The translations under genes and the position numbers were made by a program. The notes below the pieces were generated by a model, which saw nothing but the letters and a program-made list of their open reading frames with translations, was not told where the DNA came from and did no database searches. Of a DNA stretch of 64,000 nt, positions 21,329 to 29,700 are shown one piece after another. Origin of the DNA: an uncultured Chloroflexia bacterium (lineage in GTDB: Bacteria; Chloroflexota; Dehalococcoidia; GIF9; AB-539-J10); the NCBI GenBank assembly GCA_963726175.1, contig CAVSBM010000008.1, forward strand, positions 26,153 through 90,152, written 5' to 3'. Numbering within the stretch: position 1 is the stretch's first letter; each line of letters begins with the position of its first letter.

Positions 21329-21438
21329 TATAATAGTCAAGGCTGGCGTGACAAGCATTTCGCGAGTAGTTCGCGTAATTGTGGAACCAAATCGACACGT
21401 AAAAAGTTCGATATGCTTCTCGAGTGCCCAGCCAGTGT
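21329..21438 (+). repeat. islet-boundary repeat, copy C, abutting tRNA-Glu
   Basis: TGATATAAT (an extended -10-like element) ...GGCTGGC...AAAGTTCGATATGCTTCTCGAGTGCCCAGCCAGTGTGG, running straight into the tRNA-Glu 5' end. Confidence 0.6.
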
Positions 21439-21515
21439 GGCGCATTCGTCTAGAGGCCTAGGACACCTCCCTCTCAAGGAGGAGATCACCGGTTCAAATC
21501 CGGTATGCGCTACCA
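21439..21515 (+). tRNA. tRNA-Glu (anticodon CUC), CCA encoded
   Basis: GGCGCATTCGTCTAGAGGCCTAGGACACCTCCCTCTCAAGGAGGAG...GGTTCAAATCC...ATGCGCTACCA. The anticodon stem is CCTCC/GGAGG with loop CTCTCAA. Confidence 0.85.
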
Positions 21516-21531
21516 GTTCTGTTAACACGTA

Positions 21532-21559
21532 GGACTTCCTTTGAGGAAGTTCTTTGTTT
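21532..21559 (+). terminator. intrinsic terminator after tRNA-Glu
   Basis: Stem GGACTTCC / GGAAGTTC (8 bp, one G-U) with loop TTTGA, followed by TTTGTTTA. Confidence 0.6.
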
Positions 21560-21665
21560 ATCTAGGGTACTGGCAGGGGGAGCACCAGAACACATTCGCT
21601 CGGGTAGTGCGTCTGAATTCAATGTAGTATCGATTTGAGTATAATGCGGAATCAAGGAGGATACT

Positions 21666-22557
21666 ATGCCACCAGTGAAAGATGTGTTCGAACATGAATA
21701 TGCTGATGTTAATAACGTACGTCTCCACTATGTAACGGCGGGCAAGGGGAAATTGATAATGTTCCTCCACGGTTTTCCTGAGTTCTGGTATGAGTGGAAG
21801 AACCAGCTTGCTGAATTCGGACGAGATTATCAGGCGGTGGCTCCGGACATGCGCGGCTATAATCTTTCATCGAAACCTGCTGAAGTAGCAGCAATATCGG
21901 ATGAAATATCTCATTGGTGATATTCGTGCTCTTGCTGAGCATCTTGGGTATAAGAAGTTCATCCTCGTGGCTCATGACTGGGGTGGTGGGGTGGCCTGGC
22001 CGTTCGCAATACGTCATCCTGAATATCTGGAGAAGCTCATAATAATAAATGCCGTACATCCTGTTATCTTTATGCGCGAGCTCCGTGATAACCCAGCGCA
22101 ACAGAAAGCCAGTCAGTATATTCTCGTATATCGTACCCCCAAGGCTGAAGAGATACTGTCCAGAAACAACTATGCTTTGCCTGCTAGCAACCTGCTGGAG
22201 GATGGGCTAAAGCAGGGCTATTTCACGGAAGAAGACAGGAAAGCATATATTGAAGCCTGGTCGCAGCCTGGAGCGCTCACCGGTGGTTTAAACTATTATC
22301 GAGCCGCCCATCTCGGCCCTTTTACAGGTGAAAGCGACGATAGCTTGTCCGCAGACCCTTCATTGTTCACGGTCGAGGTGCCGACGCTGGTCATCTGGGG
22401 GGAGAAAGACAAATGGCTGCTTACAGGAAATCTGGAAGGTCTGGAAAAGTACGTACCAAATCTGACCATCAAGCGTATTCCTGATGGCTCGCACTGGGTC
22501 ATTCATGAAAAGCCCGCGCTGGTTAATTCCTACATTAGAGAATTTATCGAAGGCTGA
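21666..22557 (+). CDS. alpha/beta-fold hydrolase (epoxide hydrolase / haloalkane dehalogenase-like), one frame break
   Basis: ORFs 21666-21920 and 21901-22557 contain HGFPEFWYEW and the nucleophile elbow VAHDWGG. A +1 break near 21888 splits them; removing one base gives ..KPAEVQQYRMKYLIGDI... Confidence 0.8.
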
Positions 22558-22651
22558 ATCTCCAGTCGTCATGCTTCCAGCGCAGACCACCAAGTACCTC
22601 TTTATAGCCTTGTTACCAGTTTCTTCTATGTGCTAAACTTCACCACAAAAA

Positions 22652-23653
22652 ATGAGAAAACGCGTTTTCTCTGGCGCGCGCCCTACGGGCCGACAGCACA
22701 TCGGTAACTATCTGGGAGCGATACAGAATTACGTTGCCCTCCAGAATGAATACGACTGCGTCTATTGCATCGTGGATATTCATGCTCTCACCACTCTGGA
22801 AAATACAGAATCCCTTCGGGAAGATATTTATGAGATGGTGCTTGACTGGCTGGCGGCCGGCATTGACCCGCAGAAAAGCATCATCTTCGTTCAGTCTCAT
22901 GTTCCTCAAGTGGTGGAGCTCCACACTTTGTTCAGCATGGTGACTCCTTTAAGCTGGCTGTTGCGCGTGCCCACATTTAAGGAGAAGGTTAAGATGCAGC
23001 CGGATAACGTCAATTACGGGCTGGTGGGCTATCCTGTTCTCATGACTGCCGATATTGCCCTCTATAAGGGAGAGGTTGTTCCAGTGGGCGAGGACCAGCT
23101 TCCTCACCTGGAATTGGCTCGTGAGATAGTGCGTCGCTTCAACTCTCTTTTCGGGGCTGTATTTCCTGAGCCGCAGGCGAAGCTTGCCAATTTTCCTTTG
23201 GTTTTGGGCCTGGATGGGGTGCAGAAGATGAGCAAGAGCTATGATAACCATATTGAAATATCTGCCTCCCCTCAGGAGGTCTCGAAGCGAGTCATGACGG
23301 CCGTTACCGACCCGGCGCGGAAATACCGCTCTGATCCCGGGCATCCTGAGATATGCAATATTTTCCGACTCCACAATTTCTTCACCCAGGCTCGTGTGGA
23401 GGAAATTGCTTCGGAGTGTCGTAGCGCTCGCATCGGGTGTGTGGACTGCAAGAAGATATTGGCCGAGAGCATCAATTCGAATTTGAAGCCTTTCCGGGAA
23501 AGGCGGGCTAGTCTAGCCTCCGAGCCCGGTTATATCACTCAAGTGCTTGCTGATGGAGCCAATCGAGCTGAAGTCATAGCTAAGGAAACTATCAGAGAAG
23601 TTAAGGAAAAGATGAAGCTCCTGCAGCGTGCCGATTTAGAGCGACCGAGGTAA
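22652..23653 (+). CDS. trpS: tryptophan--tRNA ligase
   Basis: 333 aa with a HIGH-type motif (GRQHIGNYLG) and KMSKS. Confidence 0.93.
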   Translation: MRKRVFSGARPTGRQHIGNYLGAIQNYVALQNEYDCVYCIVDIHALTTLENTESLREDIYEMVLDWLAAGIDPQKSIIFVQSHVPQVVELHTLFSMVTPLSWLLRVPTFKEKVKMQPDNVNYGLVGYPVLMTADIALYKGEVVPVGEDQLPHLELAREIVRRFNSLFGAVFPEPQAKLANFPLVLGLDGVQKMSKSYDNHIEISASPQEVSKRVMTAVTDPARKYRSDPGHPEICNIFRLHNFFTQARVEEIASECRSARIGCVDCKKILAESINSNLKPFRERRASLASEPGYITQVLADGANRAEVIAKETIREVKEKMKLLQRADLERPR

Positions 23654-23710
23654 CACTTTATCATTCCTTATCAATCCTCTTTGGGTCTCGTATGTTCAAC
23701 AAGTAGGTTT

Positions 23711-24915
23711 ATGAAGACACTGTATTATGGCTGGTGGGTGGTAGTTGGGGCATTTCTTCTACTGTTCTGTGCGGTAGGGATACACTTTTATGCCTTTCCC
23801 GTGTTCTTTGAAGTAATGGTGAGAGAGATGGGATGGGCGCGCACGCAGGCAGCCCTCGCGCAGACGATAGGGACTTTTGTCGCTGGTGCGATGGGTGTAC
23901 TTGTTGGGGGGTTGATTCATAAGGTTGGCTTGCGACCGGTAATGGTGTGTGGAACTATCATAGCCGGACTTGGATTCCTCTTGCTTAGAACCGTTACTGA
24001 GCCTGGCAATTCTACCTTTATTACGGCCTCATCATATCACTAGGGATAGCGGGACTAGGGACAGTTGCTAACATGACGGCTGTGGCGAGTTGGTTCGATC
24101 GCGGCAGAAGCACAGCTTTGGGTATAGCTGCGACCGGGATTGGAGCAGGTGGAGTAGTTATGCCCCTGCTTGCGGGATGGCTTATCTCCAAATACGATTG
24201 GCAGACTGCTTGTGTCTGTATGGCGGGAGTGGTAATATTGGTGGGCATTCCCGTAAGCGCTATTATCATGCGGACATCGCAGGCTCGAAAGTCGAGCCTG
24301 GACAGGCACAACAGAAAGGATTGAAGATGCGAGATGCTACCATCGGGCAGGCATTGAAACAAAAGTCATTCTGGTTAATATCCGTTAGCGCGACGCTGCT
24401 GTACTTGGTGCCTATATGATAGGACTGACCCATCAAGTAGCGTTTGCTGTGGATATGGGAATAGATAGAGTAACAGCCGCCGGGGCCGTGAGCGTGCTTT
24501 GTGTCTTCAGTATTCCCGCCCGTCTGGGGTTTGGCAAGCTCGGCGACATCATTGACAAGAGATACGTAATGGTAATGATAGCCAGCCTGCACGCGGTAGC
24601 TTTTGGCTTTCTCCTGCAACCACCAATTTGGCTATGCTGTACGCTCTATTCAGCTCTTCGTAGGGGTTGGCTGTAGGCGGCCTGACGACAATGCTACCGG
24701 GGCTCGTTGCTGATTACTTCGGTAGAAAACATTTCGGCCCCGTCTACGGAGCTTCGGAAATGGTTACGACATTGGGTACAATGATCGGTCCAGTCTACGG
24801 CGGGTGGATATATGACGCCACTAAAAGCTATCATTTAGCCTTTCTAAGCGGCATTATAATAGCTTTGCTGGCAGTTATTCTTATCTATCTGGCGCCAAAG
24901 CCGAACTCTCGGTGA
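23711..24915 (+). pseudogene. MFS transporter (oxalate/formate antiporter-like), at least 4 frame breaks
   Basis: Five consecutive ORF fragments (23681-24043, 24073-24324, 24090-24419, 24416-24676, 24667-24915) read through as a single 12-TM-type MFS. The breaks lie near 24005, 24300, 24410 and 24640, and here they are -1 shifts. Confidence 0.7.
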
Positions 24916-25224
24916 ATGACGCCAGTCAAGAAAGGCTCAACGTTGATTATTTAGTCCGGGAATGGGAAAACGGGGTTCTCGGGCTGGATTAGTAAGGAGA
25001 CTGGTAGAGCGATTGGTAAGGCTTGTAGGGGCTCTGAAGTGCCTTTGAGGGCATTCTGCCGCAAAGTGAGACTCCGATTTCACGCCAGCCCGTCTAAATC
25101 CAGAATCAAGTTTATCGGGGTACCGAAGAAGTCACCAGACTTCTGTCGGGGTCAATTCAATTGCGATGCGCTTGCGTGTGTGGTAAAGTTAATATATCCT
25201 AGTAAGCAGTATGTATGAAGGCAT

Positions 25225-25300
25225 GGGCAGTTGGCTCAGTGGTTAGAGCGTCGGTTTCACATACCGAAGGTCACAGGTTCAAATCCTGTACTGCCCACCA
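25225..25300 (+). tRNA. tRNA-Val (anticodon CAC), CCA encoded
   Basis: Acceptor GGGCAGT/ACTGCCC, anticodon stem TCGGT/ACCGA with loop TTCACAT, T loop GGTTCAAATCC. Confidence 0.85.
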
Positions 25301-25320
25301 TGGAATAAGGAGGAAAAGAG

Positions 25321-25713
25321 ATGGCATCTAATGGTAGTAGCAGGAGCGGGTTACTTACCGCTGGCGGAGTCTTGAGCATAATTGGCGGGGCGCTTGAGGT
25401 GATTGGGGGGGTGATAATAGCGCTTCTGACGATAGGCATTAGAATACTGGTCAAGCTGGCGCTTATTCCCTTCCACCCAGGAGATTGGGGAGGACGTGCT
25501 GTACCTTGTATCCCATTCTGGCTGATTATAGTGGGCGCGCCTATCCTTGTTCTGGGCGTAGTAGCCATAGTCGGGGGCGTCTCGGCATTAAGAAGGAGAA
25601 GTTTTGGCCTGTCCTTAGCCGGGGCTATCTGTGCCCTCCCATCACACATTCTGGGGATACTGGCGATAATTTTCATCTCCCTGTCAAAGAAAGAATTTGA
25701 AGCGAAGGAATAG
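25321..25713 (+). CDS. hypothetical small membrane protein (about 4 TM, Gly-rich)
   Basis: 130-aa ORF preceded by AGGAGG 8 nt upstream. It has hydrophobic GG/IIGG-rich segments and is embedded between tRNA genes. Confidence 0.5.
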   Translation: MASNGSSRSGLLTAGGVLSIIGGALEVIGGVIIALLTIGIRILVKLALIPFHPGDWGGRAVPCIPFWLIIVGAPILVLGVVAIVGGVSALRRRSFGLSLAGAICALPSHILGILAIIFISLSKKEFEAKE

Positions 25714-25715
25714 AA

Positions 25716-25801
25716 GCCGAAGTGGCGGAATGGCAGACGCGCTACGTTCAGGGCGTAGTGTCCTTAAGGACGTGAGGGTTCAAATCCCTCCTTCGGCACC
25801 A
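25716..25801 (+). tRNA. tRNA-Leu (anticodon CAG), long variable arm, CCA encoded
   Basis: Acceptor GCCGAAG/CTTCGGC, anticodon stem CTACG/CGTAG with loop TTCAGGG, variable arm TGTCCTTAAGGACGT. Confidence 0.85.
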
Positions 25802-25877
25802 TTTGCGTACGGTATTTGATTGAGTGGGGTCCTCGGAAAGTACGCTAAACGAAGCGAAGGACTTTTTGGGGTGATAT

Positions 25878-25954
25878 GCGCCTGTAGCTCAGCTGGATAG
25901 AGCACAGCCCTGCGGAGGCTGGGGTCGCGGGTTCAAATCCCGCCAGGCGTGCCA
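25878..25954 (+). tRNA. tRNA-Arg (anticodon GCG), CCA encoded
   Basis: GCGCCTGTAGCTCAGCTGGATAGAGCA, then anticodon stem CAGCC/GGCTG with loop CTGCGGA. Confidence 0.8.
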
Positions 25955-25955
25955 C

Positions 25956-26031
25956 GGGCGGTTAGCTCAGCGGTGAGAGCGCCTGTCTTACACACAGGAG
26001 GTCAGAGGTTCAAATCCTCTACTGCCCACCA
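25956..26031 (+). tRNA. tRNA-Val (anticodon UAC), CCA encoded
   Basis: Acceptor GGGCGGT/ACTGCCC, anticodon stem CCTGT/ACAGG with loop CTTACAC. It starts 1 nt after tRNA-Arg. Confidence 0.85.
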
Positions 26032-26069
26032 TTGACTCAGATACAAAGTGTTCACAAAAGTTCACAAAT

Positions 26070-26234
26070 GACCTGCTGGAAAGGTTCATCGCTTCCCGTC
26101 CCGAAGGTAACAGCAAGAGGACTATAGAGTCCTACCGAGTTAAAGTGGATCGGCTTGGCAGTGGATTGCTGGGTGATGAGAGTGTTTTGAGATTCTCAGA
26201 GCAACCAGCTAATGACAGCCATAAGACTGCCTGA
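26070..26234 (+). pseudogene. possible N-terminal remnant of a tyrosine recombinase/integrase (SAM-like core-binding region)
   Basis: An open frame runs directly from the tRNA-Val end with no start codon: DLLERFIASRPEGNSKRTIESYRVKVDRLGSGLLGDES..., stopping at 26232-26234. The ..FL.SR....S.kTi.sYr.. pattern is typical of integrase N-termini. A tandem GTTCACAAA x2 at 26050-26068 precedes it. Confidence 0.3.
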
Positions 26235-26243
26235 TACTCAGCC

Positions 26244-26549
26244 TCAGCAGCCACATCCGAAGTCAGCTGTTATGGAGTAATCTCCGTTCATGGTGATGGT
26301 CGTTGAGAATGAATTGACAGTGGTGATCGTCGCCACATCACCGGTCCATTCATCAAACGCGTAGCCAAGAACTGAACGAGCCACCAGTCTCACCACGTTT
26401 CCCGCGTTATAGGTGAACGTCCCCTCTCCTGGGGTGATTACCGAACCGCCATTGGTGCTGGAGATGGTGAGCTCGTACCGAGTGGGAGCACAGCCTACCA
26501 TCCCGATAACTAGGGCTACGGTAATCAGAAGGATGGTGACTCTTGCCAC
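26244..26549 (-). CDS. small lipoprotein with InlB-B-repeat-like (bacterial repeat) domain
   Basis: Signal peptide plus lipobox (..VIGMVGC). The domain LTISSTNGGSVITPGEGTFTYNAGNVVRLVARSVLGYAFDEWTGDV..NGDYSITADFG is a close paralogue of the C-terminal domain of the 53200-55287 protein. Confidence 0.7.
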   Translation of the reverse strand: MARVTILLITVALVIGMVGCAPTRYELTISSTNGGSVITPGEGTFTYNAGNVVRLVARSVLGYAFDEWTGDVATITTVNSFSTTITMNGDYSITADFGCGC

Positions 26550-26753
26550 GTATCTGAGCCTCGAAATACTATTGTATCAGTAGTGAAGGAATTATCAACA
26601 GGTTGCGGTGTCCGAGACATGCTATGAAGATACGTAACGCAACGCCAAGTTGCTACGGCATAAGTAACAAAACAAGTTGTTGTTACCAGAGTTAAACACC
26701 ACGCTCCATTGTTTGATTGCGTTTGCCAAGGTAAGAAGTCCGTCCACCTCATT

Positions 26754-28418
26754 CTACTTCTCGTCAAGAGTGGGATACATCCGGTCACCAAGATTATTGG
26801 GGTCTACCGCCTGTTTAATCTTACGCTGCCAGGTGTGTATGGCTGGCTGCCTGGCCAGATCCTGCTGCAGTTCTTCGTGCGTTTTACCCACAGCAAGGTA
26901 CATGCCTTCCTTCCCGGGCGGGATATTATGTCTCGCTTCTTCCTGGATACAGTGCTTCATCCACTCTACGGCGGCAGCAGTGGATGCCTTGTCGGCCACA
27001 TCATAGAAACCGAATTGCTCCAGCCCGCATTGCCCCCCGCCGCCGATGGAGCCGACGCATCCCATCATCGAATCGCTGCCGCAGTCCACCAGTAGTCCCT
27101 TCTCCTGGTATTTTTCGGTCGCCTCTTCCGCGAGCGGTTCGTATTTTTTCACAAAGTCTGGCGTGCCGGACTGCATGAAATTGCCTACCCAACCACCGGT
27201 ATAGACGAAGTTCAGATTCTTCTTACCCAGCCTGAGCAGGTACAATAACGAGAACTGCTCCATTTCCGGCTCCAGCCACTTCTTAACTTTCCAGCCCCCG
27301 GTCTCTTCCAGTATCCGCTCGAGCACCTTCTCCTTATACTCAATATCCCGCTGGCTCATGCCTACCAGCACCAGCTGGAATGATATCCTCATTTCTTCAG
27401 TGACCTCTTTTACCTCCTTCTTCCGAGCAAACTCCTCTATGTCATCAAGCGATTTGGTGGGGTCCTGGTAGAGCATCCAGAAAGCCGGACCCAGGTCCGC
27501 ACCCAGCATGGTCCACTGCCGGTGCGCATAGTAACATATCTCGTTATCATATAATCTGTAATAGGCTTCGAATAAACTATCCCAGTCCTCAAAGGCCACA
27601 GTATATGCCCTGAAGTTCCCGGGCAGCGGAGAACGGTAAGCGGGCACGGTACCCTCGACGGGAAACTCCGCCGGCCCCGGCCAGGGAGACAGCTTCACAG
27701 CGCATTTGGTATATACGCCCAGACCTCCTCTGGCTCCCAGCGCTCCCCTGATGATACCCCTCATGCTCGGGCCCGGGCCCTCAGCACAGAACCAGCCACA
27801 CCCGGAACCGAGGGAGCCCGTTCTTAATATTTCACCATTGGGCATAACCCACTCCGCCCCCAGCAGGTTCTCCCTGAGCTCGCCGGTGTAAATTGAGGTG
27901 CCACCGCTTCCGTGATAACAGGCAGCGCCGACTAAGGTAGAGCAGCTGGCGCCGGCCCCGGTCACGGTGCAATTCAGCCCTCGCTTCATCACCTCTGCCT
28001 GGAGCACGCCACCGATAACATACGGCTCTATCACGGCGAACATGTTCTTCTCATCAATCTCAAGGATATGGTCCATACGCCGCATGTCCAGCTGGATGAC
28101 GCCCTCAGTAAGGGGAGCACCGTAGAAGTACCATCCCGTCGAATAGGCTTTGAATTTTATCTTGTATTTGTTGCAGGTTCTCACTATTGCCTGGACTTCT
28201 CTGGTACTGCCCGGCAATAAAGCGGCCTCCGGCCGGAGCATGAACTTGCTCTGGTTGGGACGGACGGTCTCAGCCAGCCACTGGTATGCGTATGAGTCCA
28301 TTATGGCGGGGTCTTCCGAGATATATTTGGGGCCCACTATATCTTCCAAGGCCCGGTACGCGTCTCTTGATAATGCCATTTTCTGCTCCCTTCCGTTGTT
28401 ATAGCGCCATCTGAACAA
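26754..28418 (-). CDS. FAD-binding oxidoreductase (PCMH/VAO-type, FAD_binding_4)
   Basis: 554-aa intact ORF. Its N-terminal FAD-binding region has ..LPGSTREVQAIVRTCNKYKIKFKAYSTGW.. and ..DMRRMDHILEIDEKNMFAVIEPYV... Confidence 0.75.
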   Translation of the reverse strand: MFRWRYNNGREQKMALSRDAYRALEDIVGPKYISEDPAIMDSYAYQWLAETVRPNQSKFMLRPEAALLPGSTREVQAIVRTCNKYKIKFKAYSTGWYFYGAPLTEGVIQLDMRRMDHILEIDEKNMFAVIEPYVIGGVLQAEVMKRGLNCTVTGAGASCSTLVGAACYHGSGGTSIYTGELRENLLGAEWVMPNGEILRTGSLGSGCGWFCAEGPGPSMRGIIRGALGARGGLGVYTKCAVKLSPWPGPAEFPVEGTVPAYRSPLPGNFRAYTVAFEDWDSLFEAYYRLYDNEICYYAHRQWTMLGADLGPAFWMLYQDPTKSLDDIEEFARKKEVKEVTEEMRISFQLVLVGMSQRDIEYKEKVLERILEETGGWKVKKWLEPEMEQFSLLYLLRLGKKNLNFVYTGGWVGNFMQSGTPDFVKKYEPLAEEATEKYQEKGLLVDCGSDSMMGCVGSIGGGGQCGLEQFGFYDVADKASTAAAVEWMKHCIQEEARHNIPPGKEGMYLAVGKTHEELQQDLARQPAIHTWQRKIKQAVDPNNLGDRMYPTLDEK

Positions 28419-29670
28419 GGTCTATGATGTCATAGACCTTGATTCTTTCATCCTGCGTTTTGACCGTATCGGCAAAGTTCCTTTCACACCACGGGCAGGC
28501 GCTGACGATCGCCTCGGCACCAGTGGCCTTTGCTTCGGTAAGCCTTTCTGCGGCGGTCCAGGCGGCAAAGTCCGGGTATGCTTCCAGTACCCCGCCGCCG
28601 GCACCACAGCACCAAGCATACTCTCTGATTCTTTCCATCTCCACCAGCGTCAGGCCCGGTATGCTCTTTAGGACGTTCCTTGGGGCATCATATATCCCCC
28701 AGGCACCGCTATACCTGGGTCTGCTCGGTTTCCACACCGGAATCTGCCCGTATATTTTCACTTTAGCGCCCTGCCATGGCACATACGGCTCGCCCAGCCT
28801 GCCCAGATGGCAGGGGTCATGATAGGTAATGGTCAAAGGCACACTCCTAGTCAGTTTTATCTTGCCTGTCTTGATAAGGCGGTTGATATATTCCACCACG
28901 TGAACAACCTCAAGGGTGAGACCTATCTCAGGATAAAGCCGCTTAAAGGTGTAATAACACTCAGCACATGGTGTCACCACCGTCTTGACTCCGGCATTAA
29001 TCCATGCCCGGGCGTTTTTTCTGGCAAATGCGTTCAGGTCTTTGCGGTATCCCCACTGGTAAGCCCTGCCGCCGCAGCATGATTCACTCTCTCCCATGAT
29101 ACCGATATCCACACCAGCATCCCTGAGCATCATGACGGACCTCCTGGCTGTCTTCAGCAATCCCTTATCATAGCTGTAACGGCAACCAGCATGAAAAACC
29201 ACCGTAGCCTTGTCCTCGGCCAGATTTTTTACGTCCAGTCCATCAGCCCATTTGCCCCTGTGCACCCGGGGCTCCATCATCATATTCTTTTCTTTGTGAA
29301 GGCTATCAATATAGGGCTTGTGCTGGGGCAGCGTCTGTCCATCCTCAACCAGCTTGAAGCGCATTTCTCGCATTACCTCCAGCCCCCGGATGTTATAGCG
29401 GCAGACCTTGTCGGAGACATCACACGCCCCATCCATCTGGCATTTCCAGACAATATCTTTCAGCTCGTCGTTATAGCCGATTCTACCCTCGAGCAGGGAA
29501 AGGCCGACGGATAACCTGCCGCCGAGGGAGTAGGCCTGAAAACTACAGTACTCAATGCTGGGACAGGCCCTGGCAAACCTGGCGCTTTTTATGTGGTCAA
29601 GCGGGATCCACTTGCAGTAGGAGCAGCGGCTGCAGTCTGTACAATCATCCCTGTAATCCTCTAAAGCCAT
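28399..29670 (-). CDS. (Fe-S)-binding protein with two CCG domains (HdrD/GlcF-like)
   Basis: 423 aa. N-terminal Cys clusters CTDCSRCSYC and CQMDGACDVSDKVC; CCG motifs ESESCCGG and AWCCGAGGG. Confidence 0.8.
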   Translation of the reverse strand: MALEDYRDDCTDCSRCSYCKWIPLDHIKSARFARACPSIEYCSFQAYSLGGRLSVGLSLLEGRIGYNDELKDIVWKCQMDGACDVSDKVCRYNIRGLEVMREMRFKLVEDGQTLPQHKPYIDSLHKEKNMMMEPRVHRGKWADGLDVKNLAEDKATVVFHAGCRYSYDKGLLKTARRSVMMLRDAGVDIGIMGESESCCGGRAYQWGYRKDLNAFARKNARAWINAGVKTVVTPCAECYYTFKRLYPEIGLTLEVVHVVEYINRLIKTGKIKLTRSVPLTITYHDPCHLGRLGEPYVPWQGAKVKIYGQIPVWKPSRPRYSGAWGIYDAPRNVLKSIPGLTLVEMERIREYAWCCGAGGGVLEAYPDFAAWTAAERLTEAKATGAEAIVSACPWCERNFADTVKTQDERIKVYDIIDLVQMAL

Positions 29671-29700
29671 GTCCTTTTGTACCTCAACTTTTCTTTTTTG

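Noticed and set aside
19477-21438. The idea that gene + ~100-nt repeat units are integron cassettes with attC sites.
   Set aside because: I found no RYYYAAC/GTTRRRY core sites, no intI and no attC-type extended palindrome. Identity to the tRNA-Gln 3' end fits tRNA-targeted integration better.
22558-22651. A T-box leader upstream of trpS.
   Set aside because: The intergenic space is only about 94 nt, too short for a T-box. I found no specifier-loop or terminator/antiterminator architecture.
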